Under the pieces are notes generated by a model. That model saw nothing but the letters and a program-made list of their open reading frames with translations, was not told the origin of the DNA and ran no database searches. Positions 14,330 through 27,929 of a stretch of DNA of 64,000 bases are shown here, in pieces (the stretch's first letter is position 1; every line of letters starts with the position of its first letter). Both the position numbers and the translations under genes were made by a program. Origin of the DNA: Octopus vulgaris. Lineage: Eukaryota. Location: contig OX597815.1 of NCBI GenBank assembly GCA_951406725.2, forward strand, positions 50,034,001 to 50,098,000. Reading direction: 5' to 3'.

Positions 14330-14506
14330 CAGGTCACTTGTGGTGGTGGGGAGCTGGAATCCTTCCACAACATAATTATTTTATTGATCTTAAAAGGATG
14401 AAGAGCAAAGCTGACGTCAGCAGAATTTGAACTCAGTACATGAAGATGGACAAAATGCCATTAAGAATTTCATCCAGTGTGCTAATAATTCTGCTAGCTC
14501 ACCCCT
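14330..14506 (-). mobile_element. SINE family B, degenerate
   Basis: AGGATGAAGAGCAAAGCTGAC...GAATTTGAACTCAG is homologous to other B copies. Confidence 0.7.
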
Positions 14507-14560
14507 TAATTATAATAATAATAATGATAATAATAATAATAATAATAATAATGATAATAA

Positions 14561-15174
14561 CCCGGAACTACCAGGCCAATGTGATGAAAAATGGAGCAGA
14601 CCCAAAATGCCAATTCTGCAACGACATGATTGAAATGGTGGACCACCTAATCTCTGGATGTAAAGTCTTAGCACCAGTGGAGTATAAATTAAGACATGAC
14701 AGAGTTGGCCAATATCTCCACTGGCTAATAAGTCGGCATTACAATTTCAAAACTGCCGACAAGTGGTATAATCACCACCCTGAGGCTGTAACTGAAGGAG
14801 AAAATGTAACCATTCTGTGGGACTTTCCAGTACATACAGACCGAACCATCAAGGCCAATAAACCAGATATTGTTGTGAAAGACCAAAACAATAAAGTTTG
14901 CTTATTGATCGACATGAGCATCCCCTGTGATCATAATATCTCAGTGAAAGAGTTTGACAAGCTCAGAAAATATAAAGACCTACTCATTGAAATTGAGAAA
15001 ATGTGGCATCTCAAGGCGGTTACAATACCAGTGATCGTAGGAGCACTAAGAATGATCAAGAAGGAAACCGAAAATTATATGAGAATGATCCCTGGCTTAC
15101 CATCCCTGCAAGAAGTGCAAAAGATTGTCTTAACTGGTACATCACACGTATTGAGAAGAGCATTGTCGATGTGA
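14561..15174 (+). pseudogene. C-terminal ORF fragment of R4/Dong element (Zn knuckle plus restriction-like endonuclease)
   Basis: CQFC..(8)..H.ISGC, RHD, ILWD, KPDIVV, IDMSIPCD, K..KY.DL, IPVIVGAL; stop-free for about 200 codons but lacks RT. Confidence 0.9.
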
Positions 15175-15354
15175 GAACTGTTGCTGCTCATGTATTTTAA
15201 TTTAACTTTAAAAAAAAAAATTTTTTTAAAAAAATGAACGAACTACTGAGTTTGGTTTAATGGCCTACCAATGTATACTATGAGTTTCTTTGCCCTAGGA
15301 GTCGGGAAGACACTTGGCAAGAAATGGAAGCAAATTTGAAAGAAGAAAAAAAAA
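14561..15354 (+). mobile_element. 5'-truncated R4/Dong-clade non-LTR retrotransposon inserted in (TAA)n
   Basis: CCHC knuckle and RLE domain, 3' UTR ending in an A-run, (TAA)n on both flanks; Dong-type elements are known to target TAA repeats. Confidence 0.85.
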
Positions 15355-15382
15355 GTAATAATAATGATAATAATAATAATAA

Positions 15383-15413
<31 letters not shown>

Positions 15414-16339
15414 AAGAAGAAGAATTCCTTTTTTAAGCACTAGGTTCATTGGCACATGCAAATAAAATTTTTAAAACATGGGGTTACACTTTCATGTTAA
15501 ATAAAAATTATGGAAGTTTTACAAGTAGGTTATACACTGAATGCATTATGCATTTGATTAAGATTAAAGAAAACAGAATAAATATAAAATTATATAAAAC
15601 AATGACTCCTTATGACAAAAGAGTATTCAAAAGTTCTTTTACCTAAATTTGAGCATTATAATTAATATAAGTGTTTAGTTTATTACATACATACACACAT
15701 GTATCTAAATATCAAACAGTGAGAATGAGTGCTCAACACAGAATTGGTGGATAAAGATTCTTTATTTGTTGACTGAGGCTACCATTTGTTTCATGTTAAG
15801 AAAGCCTTTCACAATTATCAAGCTGATCACATGGAACATCAGTTTCTATGTCCGTTTTGGATAAAACAAATCCAAAATAGAGACAAACATCAATATTCCA
15901 TGTGATAAGTATGATAATTGTAAAGGGATTTCTTAGCATGAAACCAATGGTAGTCTCAGTCAACAAAGTATATACATGCATGTATGTATGTATATGGACT
16001 TTTAGCATATTTATTTTTTACTTTGATCATCTCATTTTTTGGGTTTTGTGACTTAAGATTTTTTTCCTTTTTCACCCTTTGCTTCACTGTCTTACACTCA
16101 AAACTACATTTTACCATCATTATATGTTTTGAGCTTACTCAAACACATACCATCATACTCCACTTCCTTCACACCTTTAATCACACACACACACAATCTT
16201 ATACAACCTCATATGCATGCTTTCATACTGCTCACATGACAATTACATATATTCAGATGTCAGTCTCACACTCCACTAACCAAGGCCTCCTTTACACACT
16301 TACACACATTCATACACATATATATGCCCCACCAACACA

Positions 16340-16388
16340 CATCTCCCTCACGATCACCCTAAAGCTTTAGGTGATCGTGAGGGAGATG
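16340..16388. repeat. near-perfect 49-bp palindrome
   Basis: CATCTCCCTCACGATCACC-C-TAAAGCTTTA-GGTGATCGTGAGGGAGATG. Confidence 0.9.
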
Positions 16389-16715
16389 CATGAAGGTGGT
16401 GTGTGTTGCACAAACAGGTGCACAAATGCATTGACACATTAACCTAATCCTACCCCTCCTTTTTTCTTGATCCCTCTCAATAAAATTACTTTCTTTGATG
16501 CCTTATAACCATACACCTCCTCCCTGTGAATTTAAAAACAATTTTTATCCTTTAATTTTTACAAAAACTTTTTCATTCCCTCCTTTTCTTCTTAAAGAAA
16601 GACTGTCTGAAAGATCAAGTAATTTCTATTTCATTTCCAATACTTTTTCAATTGTAAAACCAATACCATAATAGTCATACTTTATTATTATTATTATTTT
16701 TTTTTGTGGTTGTGT

Positions 16716-17105
16716 AGGCACAGGCATTGCTTCTCAACCCCATGGTTTTACATTCAGTCCTACAGCATGGCCCATTGGGTGAGTGCTTTCTACAATAGCC
16801 TTGAGGCTAACCTAAGCTTTGTGAGTGGATTTGGTAGACAGAAACTGAAACAAACCCATCATATATATATATTATATATACATATGTGTGTGTGTGCATG
16901 ACTTTGTTGCCTGTGTTTGTCTCCCCACTACCTCTTGACAACCAGGTTTGGTTTATTTATGTCACTATAACTTAGCAGTTCAGTTATATATATTGACAGA
17001 GTAAGAATCAGGCTTAAAAAATAAGTACATAGGTTAATTTGTTTGACTTAAGTTCAAGGTAGTGCCCCAGCATGACAACAATCTAATGACAGAAGCAGTT
17101 GAAAA
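16716..17105 (+). mobile_element. SINE family A, degenerate
   Basis: GTGAGTGGATTTGGTAGACAGAAACTGAAA and the family-A tail. Confidence 0.75.
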
Positions 17106-19767
17106 AAAAAAGATATATATGTGTGTGTGTGTGTATGTATGTTTTGTTGAGATAAATTTATAAAAGAAGTAAGCAGTGAAACTAAAACAAACAAAAAAAC
17201 AGAAAAGAAACCGATGCTTTGAAATAAAAAATATCTTGTGTGATACTAGTTTCATCAAGTAAGGCAATCAACATCAGAAAGGCAGTGAGACCATGATTTG
17301 TCCATGAAAAACCTATGATGCTATTGTTTGGGATACAAAAACAATAATGTGAACTACATGAGCCAGATAATGTTTGCTGTTGATTGGTACAAGTGTCTTT
17401 GGAATGTTCAGCTAATTACACATGAATTCAGGAGTATGTCAAACCTGATCATGTAAAACTATGATCAAAATACACTCCAGCCATTATTATCTTGTTTTTC
17501 ATGCTGTATAGCATACTCCAGATAGCATTGTTCAATTTTTTTCCCCATTCCTTTATCTGTAATTTGTAAGAGCGATTTGACTGCTATTTTTAGCAGATCA
17601 AGCAACATTCATAGGGGTTCCTTCATTATTTTGACAGTCAAAAGTTGATATGCTTAACATCTACATTCCCAGACATATTCAGAGTAAGGGTCTAATGCAA
17701 CTAGAGACATCAGTTAATTATATTCCCTAAGCCATGGGAATAAGAAATCAGAACCATACATATGATATGTGTATATGTATGTATATACATACATACACAC
17801 AGAAATATTTACATATGTATATATTCTCATATATATATATATAATATATATGTACATGCATTTACACACACATGTATGTATGTATGTATGTATGTATGTG
17901 CTGGGATATAGAAATACTCAAGTTGATGCATGAAAGCATAATAAACTCATGGGGAATGAAGGACCCTTGGTCTTTGTCAAGGCATCCCTCTAGAAGAAGG
18001 TTAACTTGTATATAAAACCCACTGTTCTACTGAGTCAGTTATCTTGAACTTAGCTTGTCCCTGAGTTTCTTGGTATTGCTAGTGAGAGTCATGGTTTTAT
18101 GCAAGCTGCACTTGACTTAGACCCCTTGCATGGCATTGCTCACATATCTAACAGCAATGGTCATGCTCATCTATCAAGTAGAAAGCCATCATACATCATG
18201 TATATCTATGCAGGTATATAGTTCACAAGTGAAAACCAGAGATTCTCCACATAGAAGACACTTAGTAGTGCTTAAAAGATTCAAACTTAGACTCTGATGT
18301 TTTTACAGGGGATCATTCCACAAGCTAAAGAAAGACTATAAGAGGGATCAAGAGGGTAGTAACGTAGTTCCATACAGAACAGCCATGTTGAAGTGGCAAC
18401 AAACATCACTTTTCAGTATTGTTAACAATTACATCTCTTATACAGATTTTAGAACTAGCTACTTTGCTTGTGTGTGTGTGTATTTACATGCACTCATACA
18501 TATTCATGAGAGTTGATGAGGAACAGATGCAAAATTATTTACCTGAATTTTATAAAATGAAGTAAAAAGTAAGGTTAGTAGCCAGGAAAACTGTTCCATC
18601 AATGTGAATAAGTCATCTTAACAATTTTGTCATACATTAAGTTGGAGACATTTTCATTTTGTACTAAGTTTTAACAAAAATCTCCTAATGGTTAAAGTTT
18701 TATACACACACACACACACACACACATTTATACATACAACAAAAAAAAAAGGAACAAAGCATAATGTACTTAGTCTTAAATATATGGTATTAGTTAAAAA
18801 AATAAAAGGACTTGATGGTCATAGTTAGAATGCCTTTGATCACAGGTATGATTGACTGACAATGAAATCAGGCCACTGAGATTTACAAATTTTTAAAAAT
18901 GTATGACCATTAGTCAACTATCCCTAAAAGCATGAAACAATGATTGAGATAGCTAAGCAACACATATAAAACAGCCCATAAGTGCAAACAAAGATCAACA
19001 TTTTCCCTTAAGCATAAAAATTCAATTTTGTCAAAAATTAAATGGCGTTATTTCCCTTCTCTCTCTCTCTCTTTTTTTTTGTTTGAGATTTCTGAACAAA
19101 TGTCAGTAGAATACTTTATTTCTTTCTCCAACTAAATGACAAATTTCAATTCATTTTGATATTTTTTGTACATATATCATTATGTACATCACCATTTATT
19201 TGAACTATCAAATATACATTCGCTCCTGATTCCAAGAAGTGCATCAAAATACTCAGTTTTAGGGCCACAGTTGACAAAACTGATAGACTACTAAGTATCA
19301 ACCAAAACTTGTTGGCTTCATACCCACCAACTAACTAAGCTTTGTTCATGTTCAATCACTCAGATCTCAATGACTGAATCAATTTAGCTTTAAGCATCAC
19401 AATAACACAATTGTCTGCTATAAACAAAGCAACATTTTAAAACTGAAAAGTGTTTACTAGGTTGCAATGCTAAGTTGATTTGCTTTTATAATAAAGTTAC
19501 TGTCAACAAACCAACATTCCTAGAGATGTGTCTCTGATCCACAAAGTGCTACAGAATTGAGTATTGCTCCACTGGAAATATGAAGCATAGAAAAGAAAAA
19601 CAAACAAGCAGTATTATTTAAAATATTGAAATTAATGAAGATTTTGTCATGTAACAGAATAATACAACTGATGTAATCAATAAATAAATTATAACATATT
19701 TTATTATTACTCACTGAAACAATTCCGACCCAACACAAATGATTTAAATTTATCAAAACACACTTAC

Positions 19768-19862
19768 CTCCTATCCATATTGTAACCAGTACTATCAGTA
19801 ATGCCCCTTTTGCTGAATATCTTTAGATAGCCTAGTTTGGTCATGTCTCTTCCAAACATAAA
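19768..19862 (-). CDS. coding exon of unassigned minus-strand gene (FMFGRDMTKLGYLKIFSKRGITDSTGYNMDR)
   Basis: Acceptor tattttccatttag, donor AG|gtaagt; 95 nt, phase 0/2; only one open frame; joins exon 6280-6426 in frame. Confidence 0.85.
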
Positions 19863-21209
19863 CTAAATGGAAAATACTTCAAATACTTTGTCATTTTGTC
19901 AATTTGCACTCATCCTGTCTATTAGAATCATAACAAACTAAGTATTGTAGTCAATAATTCACCAGACAAACTCATTGTAGGTTTCAAAAAAATCTCAGTT
20001 GTTTTGTGAGATTATGACTGTAATGAAATTTAGTCTTACGTTGTCAGTGCCACATTGCAAAACTCATTTAATTCCATGTAAGACCATTTCACACAAAATA
20101 CAAGTAATTAAAAACCAAAGGATTAAAATCTAAATATCAAAGATTCCTGTAATAAATCATAGTCAAAACTTTATTACCACTGTTGGTTATACTGTTCTAC
20201 AAGCATTCCATTTGTGACCATTTATCATATTTATGTTATCTTAGACAGTTATCAGGTGTGTTTATCCATGTTCAAAACAGTAGAATGTGATTTGAAAGAG
20301 AAGTTTTACTGTTATTTTCAATAGGTGAGGTAATCATAGAGGCTTTTTCAAAAATCTATTGGGTAACATATTGTGAAAATAATTTGCACTAGAACTGTTA
20401 TACTTTAATCGTTATTACACAAACTAATTACTCATTATTTAACATCACTTAATTCTTACCTCACATATGCCACCTTAACTATCCTTCCTTAAAGAAATAG
20501 CTTTTATGTAATTGCAGTTTGCATACAGGTTTGTCTAGATTATCAACTTTCTGTAAAGCTCCTCATTTGATCTAATTTTTCATATAAGTTTTCCTTTAGC
20601 TACATTGCAGTTACTCAACTATTCTTAACATATAATGATTTGTAAGTTTATTTTTTTATAGATAATCTTTTCAAGACACTATGGATCTATAAAACCAATG
20701 CTTAGATAAGATTTTTCAAGAGATAAATAAAAAAGAGATAAATCTCTATAAAAAATATATGCTTGATTGCTGTACATAGGTTTTCTCACAGTAGGAATTC
20801 AGTACGATAATGGAAAGTAACTACAGCTGATCTTACTGTTTACCCACGGTATTTAGAATAAGGTAGATTCAATTGATAGAAATTAAGAGCTTGACAATGG
20901 ACTTAATGAAAACAGCTCCATGATCTCTTTAGCTCGATACCTAACTCTATAATGTCCTTGCTCATTGTTAACTATTGCTATGAATGTTGCTTTTGCGAGG
21001 AGCCAAGACAATAATTATGACAGATTTTCTTAAAAAATTGGTTAAATTTTTACAGTTATATATTTGTTTTGCAAGATTCCTGTATTGGAACAGGTTATAC
21101 TTGGGGATTTTGCCAGTTAAATACATGCACTATTTATCTTCACTGTAGCTTTATAATTATTATTTTAGTTTCTTTGTCAAAGTTCTTTTGGAGACACCTG
21201 GAATAGAGC

Positions 21210-21253
21210 GTCACTGAAGAGGTCACATGATCTGTGACAAAAGAGCTTTTACA
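21210..21253 (+). ncRNA. decayed minimal hammerhead-ribozyme-like motif (PLE pseudo-LTR relic)
   Basis: CTGAAGA-G-GTCACA tgatc TGTGAC-AAAA; GAAA apparently lost by CpG>CpA; DNGLN-like PLE C-terminus upstream near 20900. Confidence 0.4.
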
Positions 21254-21591
21254 ACAAAAACTAAATAATCATGATAAAACTGAAGTGAAGACCAAATATA
21301 TAATGCATATGTTTAACTGGCAAAATATGACCGTCCCCAAGTATAACGATATTGTTTAAATTCATTTTCAAAAGTCTATTTTACAAATTTGTAGCAATTA
21401 TTATTATCAAGATAACTTGCATTTATCAACTCTGTTTATAATCCTCACCTCCCACAAAGAATCAGAAAGTAAGACAGCTAGGAAAGACCTCCAACCAAGA
21501 AGTTTTGAAACCATTTTTTTTATGCAAACATTTTCTGTTGTTCCAGCTATGAAGAATTTTCTTATTTTTTTTGCGTATGTATGTTTGTATC

Positions 21592-21595
<4 letters not shown>

Positions 21596-21669
<74 letters not shown>
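21596..21669. repeat. (GT)n microsatellite
   Basis: Read directly. Confidence 0.95.
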
Positions 21670-21671
<2 letters not shown>

Positions 21672-23392
21672 TATATGAGTGTAGCTGAGTGATTTGTTTT
21701 CATGAAAATTTCAAAAGAGTCAAAGAAATGGCTTTGGAAAGATGGAATTTTCTGGTAAACAGCATACCAATCTTCAGTATGGCAATGCAGTGCCAATTTC
21801 TGATGTTAGTCCACTTGGTTGCTTTTCCCTACCAGAAGTTTTCTAAATATATTCCAGACAAAACTCAAATACCTTTACAAAATTAAAGAAGTCAAAAAGG
21901 TTACTTATTCTTGCCTTCCTCAAGCAGTGATGCATTTAGTAAGGAAACCCTTAGCCAATTTTCCCTTCACTGTTTGACTGGAATTCAAGCTATTCTGTAA
22001 AAAGATTGTGAGGCTGAATTTTGATCTTGAGCTGTCAAAATTAGTTCTGACCAGTTGACAAAATTTTTAAGTTACAGTAATTGAGAGTAAAAACTTTGCT
22101 CTGAGTACATTGAACATTTCCATCTTCTCACCACAACTACCACCACCACCACCATCACTACTCATCTTGCTACTCCTGTTATCTCTATTCTTCTGAATCA
22201 TGATGTCTAAGTGGGGAGAGATTGCTTTCTGAAGATACACTCCATCTCTATATATATCATCATGTACAACTTTATCTATCCTTATGTAACATGGGTAGCA
22301 TTTTATCTTCTATTCAACCCACAATACCAACCTTGTCACTCTCCAACTGTCTTTTACAGCTCTTGACCCCATTTTTTAACTTTCCCTCTTATTACCCTTT
22401 TCCTTGAGACTGTTTCAGTTAAATCTCTCCCCTACTGCCCTCTCTTGACAATAACTTCAATAAAATCTGACTCAATTCCTTACAAACAATCCAGCCTATA
22501 CAATGGTTGGACAATTTATAAAATGGTGATGATATACATATTGTGGGAGAGCACAGAGTTTCCCCTACTCATCCTACTCCTTCACTGTATCTCCTACTCA
22601 ATCATTATTCTTATCCCTTTGGCCCCAATTTCTTTCTCTTTACCTTGTTTCTTCTTCCATTGTTCCCCAACCACAGTACTGTTCCATCTATTACTCTCTA
22701 CACTACTCTCTCCCAACAGAAAATCTGTAAATTCTTTTTCTTTCTACTCTTTCAGTTGTGGTGGAGAAGGTCTCTTGTGAGCGATAAGGCAACACCACAA
22801 GTTCTGGTGCTATGATATAAAGTACCCAGCATATACTCTAGATGGTTTGCACAATGGATCAAGCAATGAGATTTGTAATACTGGTACTACAAAAATAAAA
22901 ATGCATCCAGTACACTCTGTAAAAGGAATTGTGCTAAAAAGGCGAAGAAGAACATTCAACCATAGATGCCATGCCAAAACTGAAGCAATGGAGCAAGACA
23001 GACTACTGATCTTTCAGGTTCTGTGAAACTATCTGACCCAGGCCAGCATGGAAAATAGATGTAAAATGAACATGATAATGAATAATGAGTGTCACAAAAA
23101 TATGTTCCTTGTGGTTTTTGGTTGACATACCATTGACATAAAATTAATAATTGCAATCAGAAACTCCACTTAAAGTTGCATCAAATGCAGTAGTAACAGT
23201 CTTAAAAGATGCAAATTTCTCCTATAGGTTTTCTAATTTAAAAAAATAACCTATAGTGTATATGACAGTTTCAGATTAAAATGAGGCTTACATTTTGCTC
23301 TTTACCATCTAAGAATTCACTATTTTCAAATTGTAATGAAACAAGAGTAGAAATGTTCTTGCATTATGTGTACATCTTTTCTTGAATCTAAG

Positions 23393-24195
23393 AATGGCTG
23401 TGTAGTAAAAAGCTTGCTTCCCACCCACATGGTTCTGGGTTCAGACCCACTGTGTGACACTTTGGTCAAGAGTCTTCTACTATAGCTTCAGGCTGACTAA
23501 AGCCTTGAGAGTGGATTTGGTAGATGGAAACTGAAAGAAACCTATCATGTATGTATGTATCAGGCACATGTCATCAGTAATTACTCAGGGTAGGCAGTTG
23601 GTGACCTTTATGTAGTAAAACACACAAAAAAATTAGCAAAATACAGGCAATGCAACTAAGTTGAAGGTGAATTTACTTCTGCTTTTATAGTACATAAAGA
23701 AAATGTTGTAGGAATGTACACTGCACATGTACTACAGCAGTACTATGGATAGCTTTAATACTGAGATTTAAAGATTTGGGGCGAATTATGCCTACCTAAT
23801 CTACAAAAAAATAAAATATTTTGCATTTTATGCATAGTAATCAGAGTAACCTTCATAATTTTATTGAACTAGTTGCATATTTTGCCATAAAAGGAAAATG
23901 TTGCTATTAATCTATGTTATTCAGGGTAGGCACTGTCTACCTTGCCTACCTAGGTGGCATGTCCCTAATATGTATATATGTGTCTGTCTATCTGTTTCTG
24001 TGTTTGTTCCCCACCACTGCTTGACAACTGGTGTTGGTGTGTTTACGTTCCTGTAACTTAGTGGTTCAGTAAAAGAGACTGATAGAATAAGTACCAAGCT
24101 TAAGAAAAATAAATACTGGGATCGATTCATTCAAGGTGGTGCCCCAGCATGGTCACAGTCTAATAAATGAAACAAATAAAATGTAAGTTAAAAGG
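23393..24195 (+). mobile_element. SINE family A interrupted by a MITE
   Basis: Head at 23393-23550; tail resumes at about 23976. Confidence 0.8.
23561..23967. mobile_element. hAT-like MITE
   Basis: Degenerate TIRs CAGGCACATGTCA / TGGCATGTCCCTA, subterminal GGTAGGCA repeats, 8-bp TSD (G/A)TATGTAT. Confidence 0.6.
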
Positions 24196-24234
24196 TATGT
24201 TGAGAAATTACTGAATGCAACAAATTTTTTTTTT

Positions 24235-24443
24235 TTATTCTAGGCACAAGGCCCGAAATTTTGGGGGAGGGGGCCAGTCAATTAGATCGACCTCAGTATA
24301 CAACTGGTGCTTAATTTATCGACCCCAAAAGAATGAAAGGTAAAGTCGATCTTGGCAAAATTTGAACTCAGAACGTAAAGACAGACAGAATACCACTATG
24401 CATTTCACCCAGTATGCTAACAATTCTACCAGTTTGCCACCTT
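24235..24443 (-). mobile_element. SINE family B, tail type 2
   Basis: TAGGCACAAGGCCCGAAATTTTGGGGGAGG...AATTTGAACTCAGAACG. Confidence 0.85.
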
Positions 24444-24829
24444 TGAATACAAAAAATTACAAAGAAAAGTGAGACACACAAGCTATAATGAAAGAGCATC
24501 AGGTACTTGGGTAGGGGTAGCCTTGAGGTGGCCAGTTCAGAAGAAAAGAGAATAGAGTAGAAGTGATACGGAAAACAAAGGGCATGAAGCCACAAGCTAG
24601 TTGTTGTAGTGCTCTGGTGAGTGAATCACTAGTATTTACTCAAGGAGAACTATGACCAAGTTACAATTAAGTTCCAAGAATATTTTACTATACATATTGC
24701 TTAATTTTTGATAGAAATAGAAGCACAAAATATATATATGATGTAACATTTAAAAACAAAAAATACAATGAATTGTGAAAAAAATGACCATAAACCAAAA
24801 CTGAAAATATTTGTAAGTTATTACTGGGT

Positions 24830-25030
24830 ACAACCACTGGTAATGGTGACACATAAAAAGCACCCAGTACACTCTGTAAAGTGGATGGCATTGGGAAGGG
24901 CACCCAGCCATTGAAATCAAGCCCAAACAGACTATGGAACCTGGTGCAGCCCCTGGCCTTACCAGTTCCTATCAAGCCGTCCAACCCATACCAGTATGGA
25001 AAACAGACGTTAAATGATGATGATGATGAC
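24830..25030 (+). mobile_element. RTE-related short retroposon ending in (GAT)n
   Basis: GGCATTGGGAAGGGCACCCAGCC...CAACCCATACCAGTATGGAAAACAGACGTTAAATGATGATG; related copies near 22900-23070, 59530-59630 and 61095-61270. Confidence 0.65.
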
Positions 25031-27339
25031 ATCAAAGTATGTACATATTTGTTGATTATAAATTATATGTAAGTTTTCTTCTTTTTTTTCAGAAATAGTC
25101 ATATTCCAGAGAATTTTCAAAATTGATGATGATGATATATTTCAAAGTCAACTTATTTTTATTTTTATCCAGGAAAAGGTAAAATAAAATTAGTACTAAT
25201 ATAATCAACTACAACCCTCTTTCAAACTGCAACCATGTGCCTGTCTTAGAAATCAATTTCTATTTTGGATGAACAGAGTAGAATTAATATATAAGCAAAC
25301 TGATTTTGTTATTTAGTTATAATTGTAGTGTGTAAGTTTTTATCTGAATTTGATAGCAGCATAGAAAAAAAAAAGCATCACAACTTCCCATTTCATCTGC
25401 TGTATTGCAGTAAGACACTATACTTAATTAAGAAGTCATCATTATTTGTAAATGTTTTCTTTATAATTTGAAGAAACAGATATATAAATCAAAGATTGGG
25501 TGGGATTGAACTGATGCTCAAATGTTTATAGGGCTAGAAGCAATATTTATACCATACATAGAATGGTTAAATTCATGCTTGTAATATCCCTCAAATTTTC
25601 AGAGGTTTAACAAATTGTTTTGAGTAACTACATTAGCAAGATTGATTTTTTTCAATTCTATAATTTGAATAACAGTTGTCTTAGCTGTTTTTCCTATCTA
25701 GCATAATTGTTCTGGCACTGAGACAAATATCTGAGGGGATAATGAGATCTGGGAAAGAACACAAGTGATTCAACAGGAAAATGTATGTTTACATACATGT
25801 GTTTATTTCGTTTCTACATCCATTTGGCAAAGATGAAGTCTAAAATATTAAAAGCTCTTTAAGAAGAAAGTAAATGTGAACAAATGAGGAAGAAAAGGAA
25901 GAAAACAATAAGAGTTAATGATTAGGATAATAATGATGATGATAATGAGGACAAGGAGAAATAACGATATCCATAAATTTGGTCTTTAGCAACAAATTGA
26001 AAATATTATAATTTATGGTCTATGAATTTGGATGTTGATGCCATAGTTGTTACATATAATGGTTAAATAGAAATGAGAAAGTAATAAAGTTGATTCAAAA
26101 TAAAGAAATTGTAAGAAAGTAGATATTATTATGACAGGTGTCAAAAAAAAAAAAGAAAGAACAAGAGAATAAAAAGCAATGTAACATAGAGCATATTCCA
26201 AAATTCTGGTAAATTTTGTAAACAAAGGATGCAGTGATTTTGATTCTTAAACTATTAGGTAAAATATAAAATGTACACAGAAAAACAGGCTTTGGAATAC
26301 ATTTCAGTTTTCAAGAATGATAAATGAGAACACTAAACATTTGATTTTTCATGGAAACATCAGATCATGAGATAATCTCAACAGGATGATTTGATTGTTT
26401 GAAGACTATATTTAGATTAATAGTATAGGTAAAAAGAGTTAAAAATGATAGCACTGACCTCACTATATTTTTTTTTCTTACAACAATCTAGAGATTACAG
26501 ATAAAAATGAAAGGATGTATAGATAAATTTTAAACATTAACAAATCTAAGCTCTGTTCAATTCAATTTGTCAAAGTAGTTGTACAAATACAATTAAAAGT
26601 ACAACAAACATTAAATGGAGAAAGAATTCAGTTGGCAACTCAGCATTAGTTTCACTTAAATGAACATTATTAGATAAGAGAAATTTAAATAACAATAAAA
26701 GTTAAGAATGTGATAACATGAATCTTAGAGACAAAACAAATTTATTGTCCTTTGCAAACAATAAACTCCATTGTATTTATTATAATCATTATTTTAGTGT
26801 CCATTTTTCCAGTGTTGCATGAGTCTAAAATACAGTATCTACCATGTATCTGTGTGGCTCAACATTCTCAGATTTGACATAACCACTGACTCTTAAATAT
26901 TCTTTTGTCTACCTCTAATACAAGCACCGTCTACTGTCAACACATATTATTTCCACTCAGCATCTATTATCCATTTTATTACATAAAAAAGCTGCAGTCA
27001 TCTCTCTCTCTTTCTCTCTCCCTCTCTCTCTCCCCTTCTTTCTCTCTCTCTTTCTGCTTAGCACATATAGAAGACAATACCCATAGCACCTCATCACCTT
27101 TTCAACTCTCTTTTCTAGTAAGTTAATGATACATATCCAATAAACCAATCTCAGCCCATTCGTCTTCAATATCTCTATACCTTCTGCATTCACAACTCAT
27201 GTAAAACATCTCACACACACACATACATACACAATGCACTCACACACACATATGCATGCACACATGCACATACAATTGTTACTGTCTACTTTCTGCTCGT
27301 AACAACATCCTTTTATTGCTGATAAAAGTAACAGTTTCC

Positions 27340-27620
27340 TGAACTACTTACTTCATCCAATCTGTGACCACTGCAATTTCCCTACAACCATTCCTGAATT
27401 ATATTCCCTAGGTAATGCAAGCTATCCACTACTTCTCATAAACCAGCCTGAGTAATTCAAATGCATCTCTTCGGCACCTTTTGTAAATCCATCAAATGAA
27501 TTTCAGCCAACAGCAATTTTGTATACTAAGGACATTTTTCTGTCATAGTGGGATTTCATATCCTTCGCTACCAATACATTAGTATTCGTCGTTTTTACTT
27601 TCAGTTTACTGTCTCGGCAT
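27340..27620 (-). mobile_element. decayed RTE-like LINE fragment
   Basis: LKVKTTNTNVLV and EVVDSLHYLGNII (resembles EVVD.F.YLGD.I) with stops. Confidence 0.55.
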
Positions 27621-27929
27621 TATTATACTCTATCAAATGTTGAACATATCTCAGTTTGTTTTAACAGATTAAGTGTATAGAAGTTCAATAGGAAATATAA
27701 TCCTGACATTCTTAATTTATTTTATCATTAATTATTATGAAGAGCAATAAACAGAGGTGATATGATGAATGACAAACAGCATATTAAGCTCGTCATTGAG
27801 TTCATCATGCTTTTCCCATTTCTTCAAAGCATCATCATGAATATGACCTGAATGTGCATATCCTAAGATATGCACATCTATACTAAACTTATTTAATTTT
27901 CACCAGTTTAATTTGGGTCAAAGTCCTTT

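Noticed and set aside
14440-14560. N-terminal 40 aa of the 244-aa ORF
   Set aside because: Read-through of SINE and (TAA)n sequence; not part of the retrotransposon ORF
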